The notes under the pieces were generated by a model. That model worked only from the letters and a program-made list of their open reading frames with translations. It searched no databases and had not been told where the DNA came from. A DNA stretch of 64,000 nucleotides. Source: Minisyncoccota bacterium. Lineage in GTDB: Bacteria > Patescibacteriota > Minisyncoccia > UBA6257 > GWB1-50-10. The position numbers were made by a program, and so were the translations under genes. Within the stretch, counting starts at the first letter, position 1; every line of letters starts with the position of its first letter. Positions 17,174-27,308 of this stretch are shown piece by piece. The stretch lies in assembly GCA_041917695.1 (NCBI GenBank), contig JAYRXE010000037.1:66155-130154 (forward strand). The letters run 5' to 3'.

Positions 17174-19861
17174 ATGGCTCTCTGGCACGCACTTACCGCC
17201 GCGGACGTCCTCCGCGAGCTTGAAACATCCGAGAAAGGGCTTTCTCCCGACGAGGTAGCGAAGCGGCAAAAGGAAACGGGACCGAATGCGCTTCCGGAAG
17301 GGAAAACGGAAAACCTCTTTGAGGTTTTCATCCGCCAGTTTGAAAGTCCGCTTATCTATATCCTTCTCGGCGCCGCCGGCGTTGTTTTTGCGATTGGCGA
17401 GACCGTGGATGCGTACGTCATTCTTGCCGTGCTTTTCATAAACGCCGTCGTGGGCACCATCCAGGAGGGAAAGGCGGAATCCGCCCTTCTTTCGCTCCGC
17501 ACGCTTTCCGAAGGGAAGGCGATTGTTACGCGCGACGGCAGGGATATCGTGATTTCCGACCGCGAGCTTGTGCCGGGCGACATCGTCGCGCTCCGCGAAG
17601 GGGAGCGCATCGCCGCCGACGCGCGCATCATTGCCGCGGCGAATTTGCGCGTGAACGAAGCGAGCCTTACCGGAGAGTCCGAACCGGTCATGAAAACGGA
17701 CGAAGAGATAAAATCCGAAAAAGCGCAGATACAGGATGAGCGCAACATGGTTTTTAAGGGCACGTATGTGGTAGGCGGCACGGGAACGGCGGTCGTCGTC
17801 GCGACGGGTATCGCAACCGAAATCGGGAAAATCGCCCAAAAAATCGTTGCCATCGACACGGCGATGCCTCTCGTCGCAGGAGTTAAATCGCTTTCCCGCG
17901 CCATCGTCTTCGCATCCGCGCTTACGTGCCTTTTTATTTTCTCCCTCGGCCTTTATCGGGGCGAGGACATCTCGACGATGTTCGTCACGGTCGTTGCCGT
18001 TGCCGTGTCCGTAATCCCCGAAGGCTTGCCGGTCGCGCTCACCTTGGTCCTTGCCGCAGGCGTTTCGCGCATGTCGAAACGGAACGTGCTCGTGAAGCGC
18101 ATGCAGGCCGTCGAAGCCCTGGGACACACCCGCGTCATCGCGGTCGACAAGACCGGCACTATCACGAAAAACGAAATGGTGGCGGAAAAACTCTATGCGA
18201 ACGGGAAGGTTTTCACGGTTTCCGGGAACGGGTATGAGCCGAAAGGCGGCATTTTCCTCGGGGATACGGAAATAGACGCACCTGAGCTTCCCGAACTTTC
18301 ATTTGCGGCAAAAGTCGCGGCCTATTCATCGAATGCGCGGCTGTCGTTCAATGCCGAGACGAAGCAATGGGACATCGCCGGCGACCCGACGGAGGCGGCA
18401 ATGGGCGTGTTCGCCCGCAAAGCGGGGTACACGCAGGAATCCATCGACGAAGAAGCGCCGAAGGTCTTTGAAGTGCCCTTTGATTACCAGAAAAAAATCC
18501 ATGTAGTCGTGCGAAAGTCCGACGGCAAAAATTTCTTTGCCGTGACGGGCGCGCCGGAGGCCGTGCTCGACATGGCAAAAAAGGTATTCCGCAATGGCAC
18601 CGAAGAGCCGCTTTCGTTTGAAGCGAAAAAGGAACTTGAACATGAAGTGCAGAAGCTCGCGCGGGAAGGTTTCCGCGTCGTGGCGTTCGCGTGGAGCGCG
18701 GCATCCGGCAAGGATTTCAGCGAAACGCCCCCGCTCGTCTTCGGCGGATTTTTCGGCATTCGCGACGCCTTGCGCCCCGAAGTGCGCGAAACGGTCGAAG
18801 GCGTACGCGCCGCCGGCATGCGCGTCGTGATGATTACGGGCGACCATAAGCTCACCGCGGAAGCCATCGCGAAAGACGCCGGCATTTGGAAACCGGGCGA
18901 CCGCATCCTTACCGGCCACGAGATTGAAGAACTTTCAGACGAAGGGCTTCGCACCGTACTCGGCGAAACGAGCGTTTTCGCGCGCGTTACGCCCGAGCAC
19001 AAGATGCGCATCATCGAAGCGTACCGCCGGCGCGGGGAGATCGTCGCCATGACGGGCGACGGAGTGAATGACGCGCCCTCGCTCGTCTCCGCGGACCTCG
19101 GCGTCGCGTTAGGGCGCATCGGCACCGATGTCGCCAAGGACGCCTCCGATATCGTTTTGCTGGACGACGATTTCGGGAACATCGCCGAAGCGGCCGAGGA
19201 GGGGAGGAATGTCTACGAGACAGTGCGGAAAGTGGTGCTGTACCTTGTTTCAACAAGCATCGGCGAAGTGCTCGTCATCGTCGGCGCTTTGGTTTCCGGA
19301 TTCCCGCTTCCGTTGGAGCCGAGCCAGATCATTTGGCTGAATTTCGTGACCGACGGGTTCCTCACCGTCGCGCTCGCGCTCGAACCGAAAGAAAAAAATC
19401 TGCTCATGAAACGCAGTTCCACCCGCCGCGCACTCATCGATCCCCCCATGCTCGTGCGCGCGCTTCTCATGGGCGTCACGATGGCGGCGGGGACGCTTTT
19501 CGTCTTTTCGTATTACTCCCGCATCTCCTGGGGCCTCGCCATCACCATGGGCGTTACCGTACTTGCCATCTTCCAATGGATGAATGCATGGAATTGCCGC
19601 TCTGAAAACGAATCGGCGCTCACCAAGGACATCGCTTCCAACCGGTACTTGCTCGGCGCGCTTGCGCTCGTCGTCGGCCTCCAGGTTGCCGCCGTCTATA
19701 CGCCGTTTTTGCAAAAAATCCTGTACCTCGGACCGCTCACGCCTCGCGAGTGGGCGCTCGTGACGCTCGTTTCGCTTGCGGTCATCGCCGTCGAGGAGCT
19801 CCGGAAATTCGCCGCCCGGCGTTTTGCGCGTAGAGAAGCGCGCATCGGTGCGCTAAAATAA
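17174..19861 (+). CDS. P-type cation-transporting ATPase (P2-type, Ca2+/Mg2+-like)
   Basis: Phosphorylation motif AVDKTGTITKN, hinge MTGDGVNDAPSL, TGES-type actuator motif (LTGESEP), and about 10 TM helices. Confidence 0.85.
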   Translation: MALWHALTAADVLRELETSEKGLSPDEVAKRQKETGPNALPEGKTENLFEVFIRQFESPLIYILLGAAGVVFAIGETVDAYVILAVLFINAVVGTIQEGKAESALLSLRTLSEGKAIVTRDGRDIVISDRELVPGDIVALREGERIAADARIIAAANLRVNEASLTGESEPVMKTDEEIKSEKAQIQDERNMVFKGTYVVGGTGTAVVVATGIATEIGKIAQKIVAIDTAMPLVAGVKSLSRAIVFASALTCLFIFSLGLYRGEDISTMFVTVVAVAVSVIPEGLPVALTLVLAAGVSRMSKRNVLVKRMQAVEALGHTRVIAVDKTGTITKNEMVAEKLYANGKVFTVSGNGYEPKGGIFLGDTEIDAPELPELSFAAKVAAYSSNARLSFNAETKQWDIAGDPTEAAMGVFARKAGYTQESIDEEAPKVFEVPFDYQKKIHVVVRKSDGKNFFAVTGAPEAVLDMAKKVFRNGTEEPLSFEAKKELEHEVQKLAREGFRVVAFAWSAASGKDFSETPPLVFGGFFGIRDALRPEVRETVEGVRAAGMRVVMITGDHKLTAEAIAKDAGIWKPGDRILTGHEIEELSDEGLRTVLGETSVFARVTPEHKMRIIEAYRRRGEIVAMTGDGVNDAPSLVSADLGVALGRIGTDVAKDASDIVLLDDDFGNIAEAAEEGRNVYETVRKVVLYLVSTSIGEVLVIVGALVSGFPLPLEPSQIIWLNFVTDGFLTVALALEPKEKNLLMKRSSTRRALIDPPMLVRALLMGVTMAAGTLFVFSYYSRISWGLAITMGVTVLAIFQWMNAWNCRSENESALTKDIASNRYLLGALALVVGLQVAAVYTPFLQKILYLGPLTPREWALVTLVSLAVIAVEELRKFAARRFARREARIGALK

Positions 19862-19865
19862 GGGA

Positions 19866-21551
19866 ATGACCCAGGAACTTTTTGAATTGGCGGTCGTGGT
19901 GCTTCTCGCGGGCGTTTTGGGCGTCGTCGTGAAGCTCTTGAAGCAGCCGGTGATACTCGCGTATCTCTTGACCGGCATCATCGTTTCGGCCTTCACGAGC
20001 TTTCATCTCGTCTCAAGCGACGCGTTCAGGCTTTTTTCGGACTTGGGGATCATGTTCCTCTTGTTCCTCGTGGGACTTGAAATCAATTATTCGTCCCTGC
20101 GGCTCGTGGGCGGTCCTGCCCTGATGCTCGGCCTCGCCCAGATCGTCCTCACGTTCTTCGCCGGATTTTTCATTGCCGGGGCACTCGGTTTCGCCATGCT
20201 TCCCGCGATCTATCTTGCCGCAGCGCTTACATTTTCTTCGACCATCATCGTCGTAAAGCTATTATCCGACTTGAACGACCTCCAAAGCCTTTACGGCAAG
20301 CTTGCGCTGGGGCTCCTTATCGTCCAGGACGTCGTCGCCATTTTCGCCCTGCTCGCGCTCGGGGGAGTGCAGTCGGGGTCTGCCGGCGCTTCGTTCGGCT
20401 GGATGAATTTCGGCGTCACCGTTTTGAAGGGCGCCGTGCTTTTCTCGGCCATGTTTTTCCTGGGGAAGCGTGCCGTGCCCTGGCTTTTCGAGAAGATCGG
20501 CCGGAGTCAGGAATTGCTCTTCCTCCTTTCTCTCGCGTGGCTTTTTGTGGTGGCGGCACTCGTCTCCCGCGTCGGCTTCTCGATAGAAATCGCGGGATTC
20601 CTTGCGGGTTTCGCCCTTGCGAATTCGTCCGAGCATTTCCAGATTGCGACCAAAATGCGCCCGCTTCGGGACTTTTTCATCCTCGGGTTCTTCGTTTTTC
20701 TCGGTTCCTCGATAGGCATTTCGCACTTCGCGGGCTTTTCGGTCCCCATGGCGGCGCTCCTCGGGTTCGTGCTTATCGTGAAACCGCTTATCGTCCTCGG
20801 CATCCTCTACGCTTTGGGATACCGCAAGCGCACCAATTTCATGACCGGCCTTGCAGTCTCGCAGATTTCCGAATTCAGCCTTATTCTCGTCGCGCTCGGC
20901 GTAAAGCTCGGACACATCGATGAAACGCTTGCTGCGACCGTGAGCGTCGTCGGCGCGCTTTCCATCCTCGTTTCCTCATATTTCATGACGCATGCGGAAA
21001 AGATCATGAATGCGCTTTCCTTCGTACTCCGCTTTGCCGAGCGGAAACATACGCGCGAGACGCATTCGCCGTCGTCCGCCGAACCGAAACCGATCATCTT
21101 GGTCGGTGCGCATCGCACCGGGCAGAGCATCTTGATGGCGCTTTCGCCGAAAGACGTGCTGGTCGTCGATTTCGACCCCGAAGTGACCTACCGCCTCCGC
21201 GAAGAGGGAATCGAATACCTTTTCGGCGACATGTCCGACGACGAGACCTTTGACGCCGCCCGCGCCGCGGAAGCCAAGCTCGTCATTTCGACGAGCCCCA
21301 AGGCTGAGGAAAACGAACTGCTCCTCGCCCGCATCAAGAAACTTCCCGAGCCGAGGCCGAAATTCATCGCCCGCGCCGATACCGAACGCGAAGCCCTTTC
21401 CTTGTACGAAAAAGGCGCCGATTACGTTCTCCTGCCCCATTTCACCTCCGGCCAATATCTGGGAAAGACCATCGCCATAGACCCCGAGATGCCCGTCATC
21501 GCCGATTTGAAGCGGAACGACCTCGAAATTCTGCACCGCAGGGCGAGATAG
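19866..21551 (+). CDS. CPA2 cation:proton antiporter with C-terminal RCK/TrkA-N domain (KefB-like)
   Basis: 12-13 TM Na+/H+ exchanger-type domain followed by a Rossmann-like ILVGAHRTGQSI segment. Confidence 0.75.
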   Translation: MTQELFELAVVVLLAGVLGVVVKLLKQPVILAYLLTGIIVSAFTSFHLVSSDAFRLFSDLGIMFLLFLVGLEINYSSLRLVGGPALMLGLAQIVLTFFAGFFIAGALGFAMLPAIYLAAALTFSSTIIVVKLLSDLNDLQSLYGKLALGLLIVQDVVAIFALLALGGVQSGSAGASFGWMNFGVTVLKGAVLFSAMFFLGKRAVPWLFEKIGRSQELLFLLSLAWLFVVAALVSRVGFSIEIAGFLAGFALANSSEHFQIATKMRPLRDFFILGFFVFLGSSIGISHFAGFSVPMAALLGFVLIVKPLIVLGILYALGYRKRTNFMTGLAVSQISEFSLILVALGVKLGHIDETLAATVSVVGALSILVSSYFMTHAEKIMNALSFVLRFAERKHTRETHSPSSAEPKPIILVGAHRTGQSILMALSPKDVLVVDFDPEVTYRLREEGIEYLFGDMSDDETFDAARAAEAKLVISTSPKAEENELLLARIKKLPEPRPKFIARADTEREALSLYEKGADYVLLPHFTSGQYLGKTIAIDPEMPVIADLKRNDLEILHRRAR

Positions 21552-21674
21552 GGAACCTCCGGGAACCTTCGCGGAAATCCGCACAGGAAGCGGAAAAAAC
21601 GCCCTGAGGCGCTGCCGATTTGATATAATAAATGCATCTAAAGGTCGGCAAACGTCATATTAGAGACACTTCCA

Positions 21675-22352
21675 ATGATTATTCAAAACTGGACAGCGGT
21701 AGTGATCGGTTCCTTGCAGAGCTTGTGGATGGGTTTTGTGGCTGTTTTGGGCAACATTCTCGGCGCCATCATCGTTCTCATCGTCGGCCTCATCGTTGCG
21801 GCAGGCCTTGCGACCTTGGTTGAGCGGATTGTTGCTTTTATCCGCCTCGACAAGGCCCTCGCGAGCTTGGGACTCAATGAGTATTTCAACCGTGCGGGAC
21901 TCACCTTGAACAGCGGTCGTTTCTTCGGCCGTTTGGTGTACTGGTTCTTCGTCGTAGTGTTCTTGCTCGCGGCGTCCGACATTTTGGGCTTTTACTCCCT
22001 TTCGTCGTTCCTCCGCGACACGCTCCTCTACGTACCGAACATCGTGGTTGCCATCCTCATCTTGCTCGCAGCGTTCGTCATCGCGAATTTCCTTCGCCGC
22101 CTCGTGCGCGCGTCGGTAAAGGGTGCGAACTTGCACGCGGCAAAGTTCCTCGGGACGATCACCTGGTGGGCTGTCGTCATCTTCGGATTTTTGACGGCTC
22201 TTTCCCAGCTCGGCATCGCAGTCGCGATCATCAATTCTCTCGTCACCGGTTTCGTCGCCATGATCGCCCTTGCCGGCGGCATTGCGTTCGGCCTCGGCGG
22301 GAAGGATTACGCGGCGCATTTGGTCGGGAAACTCCGCGAACATACGGAGTAA
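21675..22352 (+). CDS. membrane protein with two conserved-TM-helix repeats (MscS-associated type)
   Basis: Internal repeat of TM-hairpin units. A terminator follows at 22378-22410. Confidence 0.4.
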   Translation: MIIQNWTAVVIGSLQSLWMGFVAVLGNILGAIIVLIVGLIVAAGLATLVERIVAFIRLDKALASLGLNEYFNRAGLTLNSGRFFGRLVYWFFVVVFLLAASDILGFYSLSSFLRDTLLYVPNIVVAILILLAAFVIANFLRRLVRASVKGANLHAAKFLGTITWWAVVIFGFLTALSQLGIAVAIINSLVTGFVAMIALAGGIAFGLGGKDYAAHLVGKLREHTE

Positions 22353-22377
22353 CTCTTCGGCTTTGCCGATCGGTCTT

Positions 22378-22410
22378 TCAACCCCCGCACTCTGCGGGGG
22401 TTGATTTTTT
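22378..22410 (+). terminator. rho-independent terminator (CAACCCCCGCA-CTCT-GCGGGGGTTG then T-run)
   Basis: Perfect 10-bp stem plus TTTTTT. Confidence 0.55.
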
Positions 22411-22436
22411 AGCACTTCATCCGTATGATGTGAGGC

Positions 22437-22742
22437 ATGTTCGCAGTCATCAAAACAGGCGGGAAACAGTACGTCGTGAAGAAAGGGGACGTGCTTCAGG
22501 TTGAGCGGATTCCCGGGATGCCGGAAGGCGGAAAGATCTCTTTCGAAGAGGTATTGCTCCGCGCCGACGGCGAGAAACTCGATATCGGTTCGCCGACCGT
22601 GAAGGGCGCCGTTGAGGGCAAGCTCGTGAAGGAGGTCCGCGGGAAAAAGAAAATTGTTTTCCGCTACCACTCGAAGACCCGTTACCGCAAACTCAAGGGC
22701 CATCGCCAAACGTATGCGATGGTGGAAATAACCAAAGTCTAA
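22437..22742 (+). CDS. rplU: 50S ribosomal protein L21
   Basis: MFAVIKTGGKQYVVKKGDVLQVERI is the canonical bL21 N-terminus. A terminator follows at 22744-22770. Confidence 0.85.
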   Translation: MFAVIKTGGKQYVVKKGDVLQVERIPGMPEGGKISFEEVLLRADGEKLDIGSPTVKGAVEGKLVKEVRGKKKIVFRYHSKTRYRKLKGHRQTYAMVEITKV

Positions 22743-22785
22743 TAAACGCCCGAACGGGCGTTTTTTTGTGCTATCATGAAGAAAA

Positions 22786-23265
22786 ATGCCTATGCGCGCT
22801 TCGTCCGCTTCACGAAACGGTTTTCTTCAGCTCCTTCGCCGGCGGGACGGGCAACTCACCCTTCCGTTCGTCCTCCTTATCGGGGGCATCATCGTTGAAG
22901 TCGCCATCGCGGGGGCGTTCGTTACCTATTTTCTTTCGAACTCGGGGTATGGCGAACGGCTTTCGATACGCGCCGGGGCGGCGGCCGAATCGGGCGTGCG
23001 CGATGCCATGGTAAAGATCACCCAGAATAAGGAGTTCCTTTCGAACGGCGGCGAGGCGACCTATTCGGTTTCCGTTTCGACGGAGAACACCGACAACGCG
23101 CTCGTTACCGTGACGCGGTCGGATTCCGGGACGAAATACCTCTATGTCGTGACGAGCCTCGGTACGGCGGTGAGCCGGCAGAAAAAATACGTCGCGCGCA
23201 TCTATGTCGACGCGGTAACCGGACAGACGGAGCTCGAGTCGGTGAAGGAAGTCGCCGTCGAGTAG
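22786..23265 (+). CDS. membrane-anchored protein, possibly pseudopilin-like
   Basis: N-terminal hydrophobic helix followed by a beta-rich domain. Sits upstream of the PilM-like gene. No canonical prepilin G-F-T-L-I-E motif. Confidence 0.3.
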   Translation: MPMRASSASRNGFLQLLRRRDGQLTLPFVLLIGGIIVEVAIAGAFVTYFLSNSGYGERLSIRAGAAAESGVRDAMVKITQNKEFLSNGGEATYSVSVSTENTDNALVTVTRSDSGTKYLYVVTSLGTAVSRQKKYVARIYVDAVTGQTELESVKEVAVE

Positions 23266-23288
23266 TGTAAAATAGAACCATAGTGCCC

Positions 23289-24803
23289 ATGAACGAGCCG
23301 AAGCATAAGAATTTTTTTGTCGCATTCCTCGATACGCTGAGTTCGCGCCCGGTCGTTGCCGGCATTGCCGTGGAGAACGGGGGATTGGAATATGTGCTCC
23401 AGGGAAAACCGCCAAAGACCTTTGCGGTAAAGTTCCCCGACGGCGTGGTGAAAGAGGGACGCATCCAAAAGCGGAACGAATTCATCGACGCGGCGAAAAA
23501 ACTGCACGCGCTTGCCGATACGGACCATAAGAAGAAGCCCCTGCAAGTCGTCGTTTCACTGCCTGCGGCGGACGTCTACACCCAGGCCTTTTCCGTGCCG
23601 AACATCGACCGTGAGAAGCTTGAGGAGTCCATGTCGCTGAATCTTCAGATGCTTTCTCCGGTTGCGAAAAACGACGCGTATATGAGCGCGGAAGTCATCG
23701 GCGAAACGCCCGACAAATACGATTTGCTCGGCGCATTCATCGAACGCCGTGTTGTTGACGAGTTCCGCGACGCGCTCCGCGAGGCCGGATTCTTCGCCAT
23801 CGCGTTCGAATTTCCCGCCCTGTCGGTGACCCGGCTCATGAAGGCGGCGGTAACCTCCGAAGACCATCCCACGCTCGTGCTTCGCGTTTCGGGGGACGGC
23901 GTCGACTTTTTCATCGTGAAGAACGGAACTCTGCATTTCAATTATTTTCGTTCGTGGAGCTCCATCCAGGGCGCCGGTACGGCAATCCAGCGCGACCTTT
24001 TTATTTCCACCATTGTCACCGAGACCCAAAAGGTTTCGAATTTCGTGATGAGCCGTTTCAAGGAGCGGCTTGCGAAGACCTACGTCGCCACTCCGCTTTT
24101 TGAAGCCGAGATTATCGATGCCATCCAGACGCAGAACGGGGTGCCCGCCCAGCCGCTCACCATTCCATCCGCAGGGCTTCCCCCCAGCTGGTATGTGCCG
24201 CTCGGCGCCGCGCTACGGGATTTTGCCGATCCCGAGACGGACGGCATTAACCTCAACGCCAGCTCCGCAAGCGATATTTTTTTCGAGGAGCATGCGATGC
24301 GTTTCCTCTATTTCTGGCGCCGGCTTGCCGTACTGATCGGCGTGTTTTTCCTCGCCGCGTTCCTTATCGCGTATTCCTTCCTTGGCGACCAGCTTGCCCG
24401 TCTTGAAGAACAGTTGGCAAATTCGAAGACGCAGGCGAACGCGAAGGAGCTTGCGGAATTGAAGGCAAAAGCTGCGGAATTCAACGGCCTTGTGGCCCAG
24501 CTTTCAGTCGAACCCCGGAAGATAGACGAGTGGGCGGTGCTTTTGTCGGAGCTTGACCGTATCGCGAAGCTTTCGAATGTCACGATAGACCGGCTTTCAA
24601 TTACCTCGTTCGGCGCGCCCATCGCCATGACCGCCCGCGCCCCGGAAAACAGCGCGACGCTCGCGTTCAAAAACGCCCTTGCATTGCGCAAAGGCATTTC
24701 GTCGGTCGAAGTTCCGCTCCTTTCGATACGGGAACTTGAAGACCGCAGTGTCGGTTTTTCGGTTTTTTTCTCGGTTGATGTTGCCGAGTTTCAGGCAAAA
24801 TAA
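23289..24803 (+). CDS. PilM-like type IV pilus assembly protein with C-terminal TM plus coiled-coil (PilN-like) extension
   Basis: Actin-like ATPase-fold blocks (VVSLPAADVYTQAFSVP, LVLRVSGDGVDFFIVKNG), then a single TM (LAVLIGVFFLAAFLIAYSF) and a coiled coil. Confidence 0.45.
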   Translation: MNEPKHKNFFVAFLDTLSSRPVVAGIAVENGGLEYVLQGKPPKTFAVKFPDGVVKEGRIQKRNEFIDAAKKLHALADTDHKKKPLQVVVSLPAADVYTQAFSVPNIDREKLEESMSLNLQMLSPVAKNDAYMSAEVIGETPDKYDLLGAFIERRVVDEFRDALREAGFFAIAFEFPALSVTRLMKAAVTSEDHPTLVLRVSGDGVDFFIVKNGTLHFNYFRSWSSIQGAGTAIQRDLFISTIVTETQKVSNFVMSRFKERLAKTYVATPLFEAEIIDAIQTQNGVPAQPLTIPSAGLPPSWYVPLGAALRDFADPETDGINLNASSASDIFFEEHAMRFLYFWRRLAVLIGVFFLAAFLIAYSFLGDQLARLEEQLANSKTQANAKELAELKAKAAEFNGLVAQLSVEPRKIDEWAVLLSELDRIAKLSNVTIDRLSITSFGAPIAMTARAPENSATLAFKNALALRKGISSVEVPLLSIRELEDRSVGFSVFFSVDVAEFQAK

Positions 24804-25375
24804 CGCTCGATAATCTCGGCAAAGGCGCGGTCCAAGAGGCCGCGCTTTTCCTTTGAAAGGGGCTGGAGCACGAAATCTCCCGCTTTCATCCGCATGTCTT
24901 TTCCGATCTGGACGCCGATGCGCAGCCGCCAAAAATCATTCGTGCCGAGCGCAGATGCCACGGATTTCACGCCGTTGTGGCCCGCATGCCCGCGTCCGAA
25001 GCTGAGTTTCCACTCGCCCAAGTCGATATCGTTCTCGTCGTGGACGATAAGAATCTCTTCGGGGGATGCGCCGAAGAACGTTGCCGCCGCCGCAAGCGCC
25101 GTTCCCGATTCATTCATGTACATGGCGGGGATAACGAGCGCCGTTTCGCCCATGCGGGCATACGTGAAACCGCCGTTTGTATATTTTTTCCATCCCGCTT
25201 CCGGAACCGCATGGGCGCGGAGCGCTTCGACGAACAGGGCGCCCGCGTTATGGTAGGTTTCCGCGTATTCCTCGCCGGGATTTCCCAATCCGGCGATGAT
25301 GCGGAGGGCGCGCGGATTAAACGTTCTTGCACCCGTATCCGAGGGGGAAGCGCCAGGGTTGAATTCAGAATTCAT
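24791..25375 (-). CDS. pth: peptidyl-tRNA hydrolase
   Basis: RIIAGLGNPGEEYAETYHNAGALFVEAL matches the Pth N-terminal signature (GLGNPG..Y..TRHN.G). Trimmed to the ATG at 25375. Confidence 0.8.
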   Translation of the reverse strand: MNSEFNPGASPSDTGARTFNPRALRIIAGLGNPGEEYAETYHNAGALFVEALRAHAVPEAGWKKYTNGGFTYARMGETALVIPAMYMNESGTALAAAATFFGASPEEILIVHDENDIDLGEWKLSFGRGHAGHNGVKSVASALGTNDFWRLRIGVQIGKDMRMKAGDFVLQPLSKEKRGLLDRAFAEIIERYFA

Positions 25376-25457
25376 ATTCTTTAGAATTATCACAATTATC
25401 GCATATAGGCACGCTTCACACACCCGAACGCCCGCGCGCTTTCCTGCATAAATTTGG

Positions 25458-26000
25458 ATGAAAAAATTCTTTTGGTCATTCTTCGAAGTGGTTGAAACCG
25501 TCGTTATCGCGGTCGTCGCCGTCGTTTTGGTGCGCATGTTCGTGGTGCAGCCCTTTGTCGTTTCGGGCGCTTCCATGGAGCCTTCGTTTTATAACGGGAA
25601 CTATTTGCTCATTGACGAATTGACCTACCGCTTTCGCGAGCCCGAGCGGGGAGAGGTCATCGTTTTCCGCTATCCCGGCGACAATAAATCGTATTACATC
25701 AAGCGCATCATTGCCCTTCCCGGCGAGCACGTCTCGATTGAAGGGGGAACCGTGACGGTGACAACCCGCGAAGGGAAGACCGAAGAACTCTCAGAACCGT
25801 ATCTGGGCGACCGTACGACGAACGGCGCTTTCGACCATACCCTTCTAGAAGGGGAGTATTTCGTAATGGGCGACAATCGCAATTTCAGCTTCGATTCGCG
25901 CAGCTGGGACAAGCCGCTCACGCGCGGGAATATCGTCGGCTTGGTGAAATTGAAGCTGTGGCCTTCCATTGAAGTGCTTGCCGCGCCCAAATACGAATAA
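25458..26000 (+). CDS. lepB: signal peptidase I
   Basis: SGASMEPSF (catalytic Ser box), YIKRIIALPGE, and GDNRNFSFDSRSW (box E). Confidence 0.85.
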   Translation: MKKFFWSFFEVVETVVIAVVAVVLVRMFVVQPFVVSGASMEPSFYNGNYLLIDELTYRFREPERGEVIVFRYPGDNKSYYIKRIIALPGEHVSIEGGTVTVTTREGKTEELSEPYLGDRTTNGAFDHTLLEGEYFVMGDNRNFSFDSRSWDKPLTRGNIVGLVKLKLWPSIEVLAAPKYE

Positions 26001-26002
26001 CG

Positions 26003-27307
26003 ATGCCTACCAAATCCACTAAGGGCGCTCCGAAAGCCAAACGGTCCGACCGCAAACCTGCCGAAAAGAAAGACGCGTCCGTTCCGCTGGCCGACCTCCT
26101 GCCGAAAGAGGGGGCGTTGTGGCGCGAGATCGTGCATGCCTTTTTTTCCGTGGCGGAGATCCATGCATTCCATTTTATGGAAACCTCGCTTCTTGAGCAG
26201 AAAAAACTTTTCGGCTTTTACGAAAGCGAATACGGAAAGAAGATAGACGACGTCGGCTTTCCCGTGGGGAAGGGCGGACAGATCGTGCGTCCGGAAGCTA
26301 TCGTGCCGTTCCTCCGCGCTTATGCGGAGCATCATTTGGGACATTTTTCGTCGCCTTTGAAGACGTGCCACTTCATGCAGGTGGCCCGCAAGCATCCGCT
26401 GGGATATGTGTCCTTTCATGAGACCGGATTCCATGTTTTGGGGGACAGCGAGCCGTTTTACGACATCCAGGTGATTTCCGCGGCGATGGACATGTTGAAG
26501 GCGGTGAAGGTGAAGGACGCCGTGATACGCGTAAATGCGAACGGGTGCCGCGTCTGCCGCGCCGCCTACCGCGAAAAATTGAAGCGTTTCCTCGCGGCGA
26601 AGAAGAGTTCGCTTAAGGCAACGCAATGGAAGCTGGTGGAAAAAAATCCCGAGGCGCTTTTTTCCGCGCCCGGCCTTGAAGAGGCGGCTGAAGAGGCGCC
26701 GACCGTGCTCGATTGCCTTTGTCAGAACTGCAACAACCATTTGAAGTCCTTGTTGGAACTTTTGGAAGACAACGAAATTCCCTACGAGCCGGATCCCCGC
26801 TTCCTGCTCCCGCTTGAACGCTGGAACCGCGTCGTTTTCGAGATTCGCGCGAAGAGCCAGCGCGGGGGAGAGGCGTGCCTGTTCCGCGGCGGACGCTATG
26901 ACCACTTGGCGGAAGCGACACTTTCACGGCAGATTCCGGGCGTGGGGCTTACCATGATTCCCGAGGAACTTATCCGCTTCCTCCGCGAGGAGGGCATCAA
27001 TCTCCATACCCGACAGAAAGCGAAAGTGTTTTTCATCGTCGTGGGAGACAAAGCGAAGAAAGTAAGCGTGCGCCTCATGAACATCCTGCGGGGGAGCGGG
27101 ATTATCGTCGAGGAAGCGCTCGGCAAGCAATCGTTCAAGGCCCAATTGAAGGGCGCGGAGAAATCGAAAGCGCCGTTCGTTCTTATCGTCGGGCAAAAAG
27201 AAGCTTTCGAGGATACGGTCATCGTAAGAAATCTCGCGAGCGGAGCGCAGGAAACGATCACCACCCAGAACCTCTCTGAAGAGGTGAAGCGCCGCCTGAA
27301 GTCGTAA
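26003..27307 (+). CDS. hisS: histidyl-tRNA synthetase-like class II aaRS with an apparently degenerate motif 2
   Basis: The FRGGRYDHL His-binding motif and a C-terminal class II anticodon-binding-like domain are present. The motif-2 region (HFMQVARKHPLGYVSFHETGFHV) lacks the usual Arg/Gln pattern. The N-terminal 35 aa is a Lys-rich extension. Confidence 0.5.
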   Translation: MPTKSTKGAPKAKRSDRKPAEKKDASVPLADLLPKEGALWREIVHAFFSVAEIHAFHFMETSLLEQKKLFGFYESEYGKKIDDVGFPVGKGGQIVRPEAIVPFLRAYAEHHLGHFSSPLKTCHFMQVARKHPLGYVSFHETGFHVLGDSEPFYDIQVISAAMDMLKAVKVKDAVIRVNANGCRVCRAAYREKLKRFLAAKKSSLKATQWKLVEKNPEALFSAPGLEEAAEEAPTVLDCLCQNCNNHLKSLLELLEDNEIPYEPDPRFLLPLERWNRVVFEIRAKSQRGGEACLFRGGRYDHLAEATLSRQIPGVGLTMIPEELIRFLREEGINLHTRQKAKVFFIVVGDKAKKVSVRLMNILRGSGIIVEEALGKQSFKAQLKGAEKSKAPFVLIVGQKEAFEDTVIVRNLASGAQETITTQNLSEEVKRRLKS

Positions 27308-27308
27308 T

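Noticed and set aside
17066-18127. 353-aa minus-strand ORF
   Set aside because: Antisense to the P-type ATPase gene. Arg/Asp/Gly-rich, no domain, no ribosome-binding site.
25694-26905. 403-aa minus-strand ORF
   Set aside because: Antisense across lepB and the hisS-like gene. Low-complexity Arg/Leu/Ala composition.
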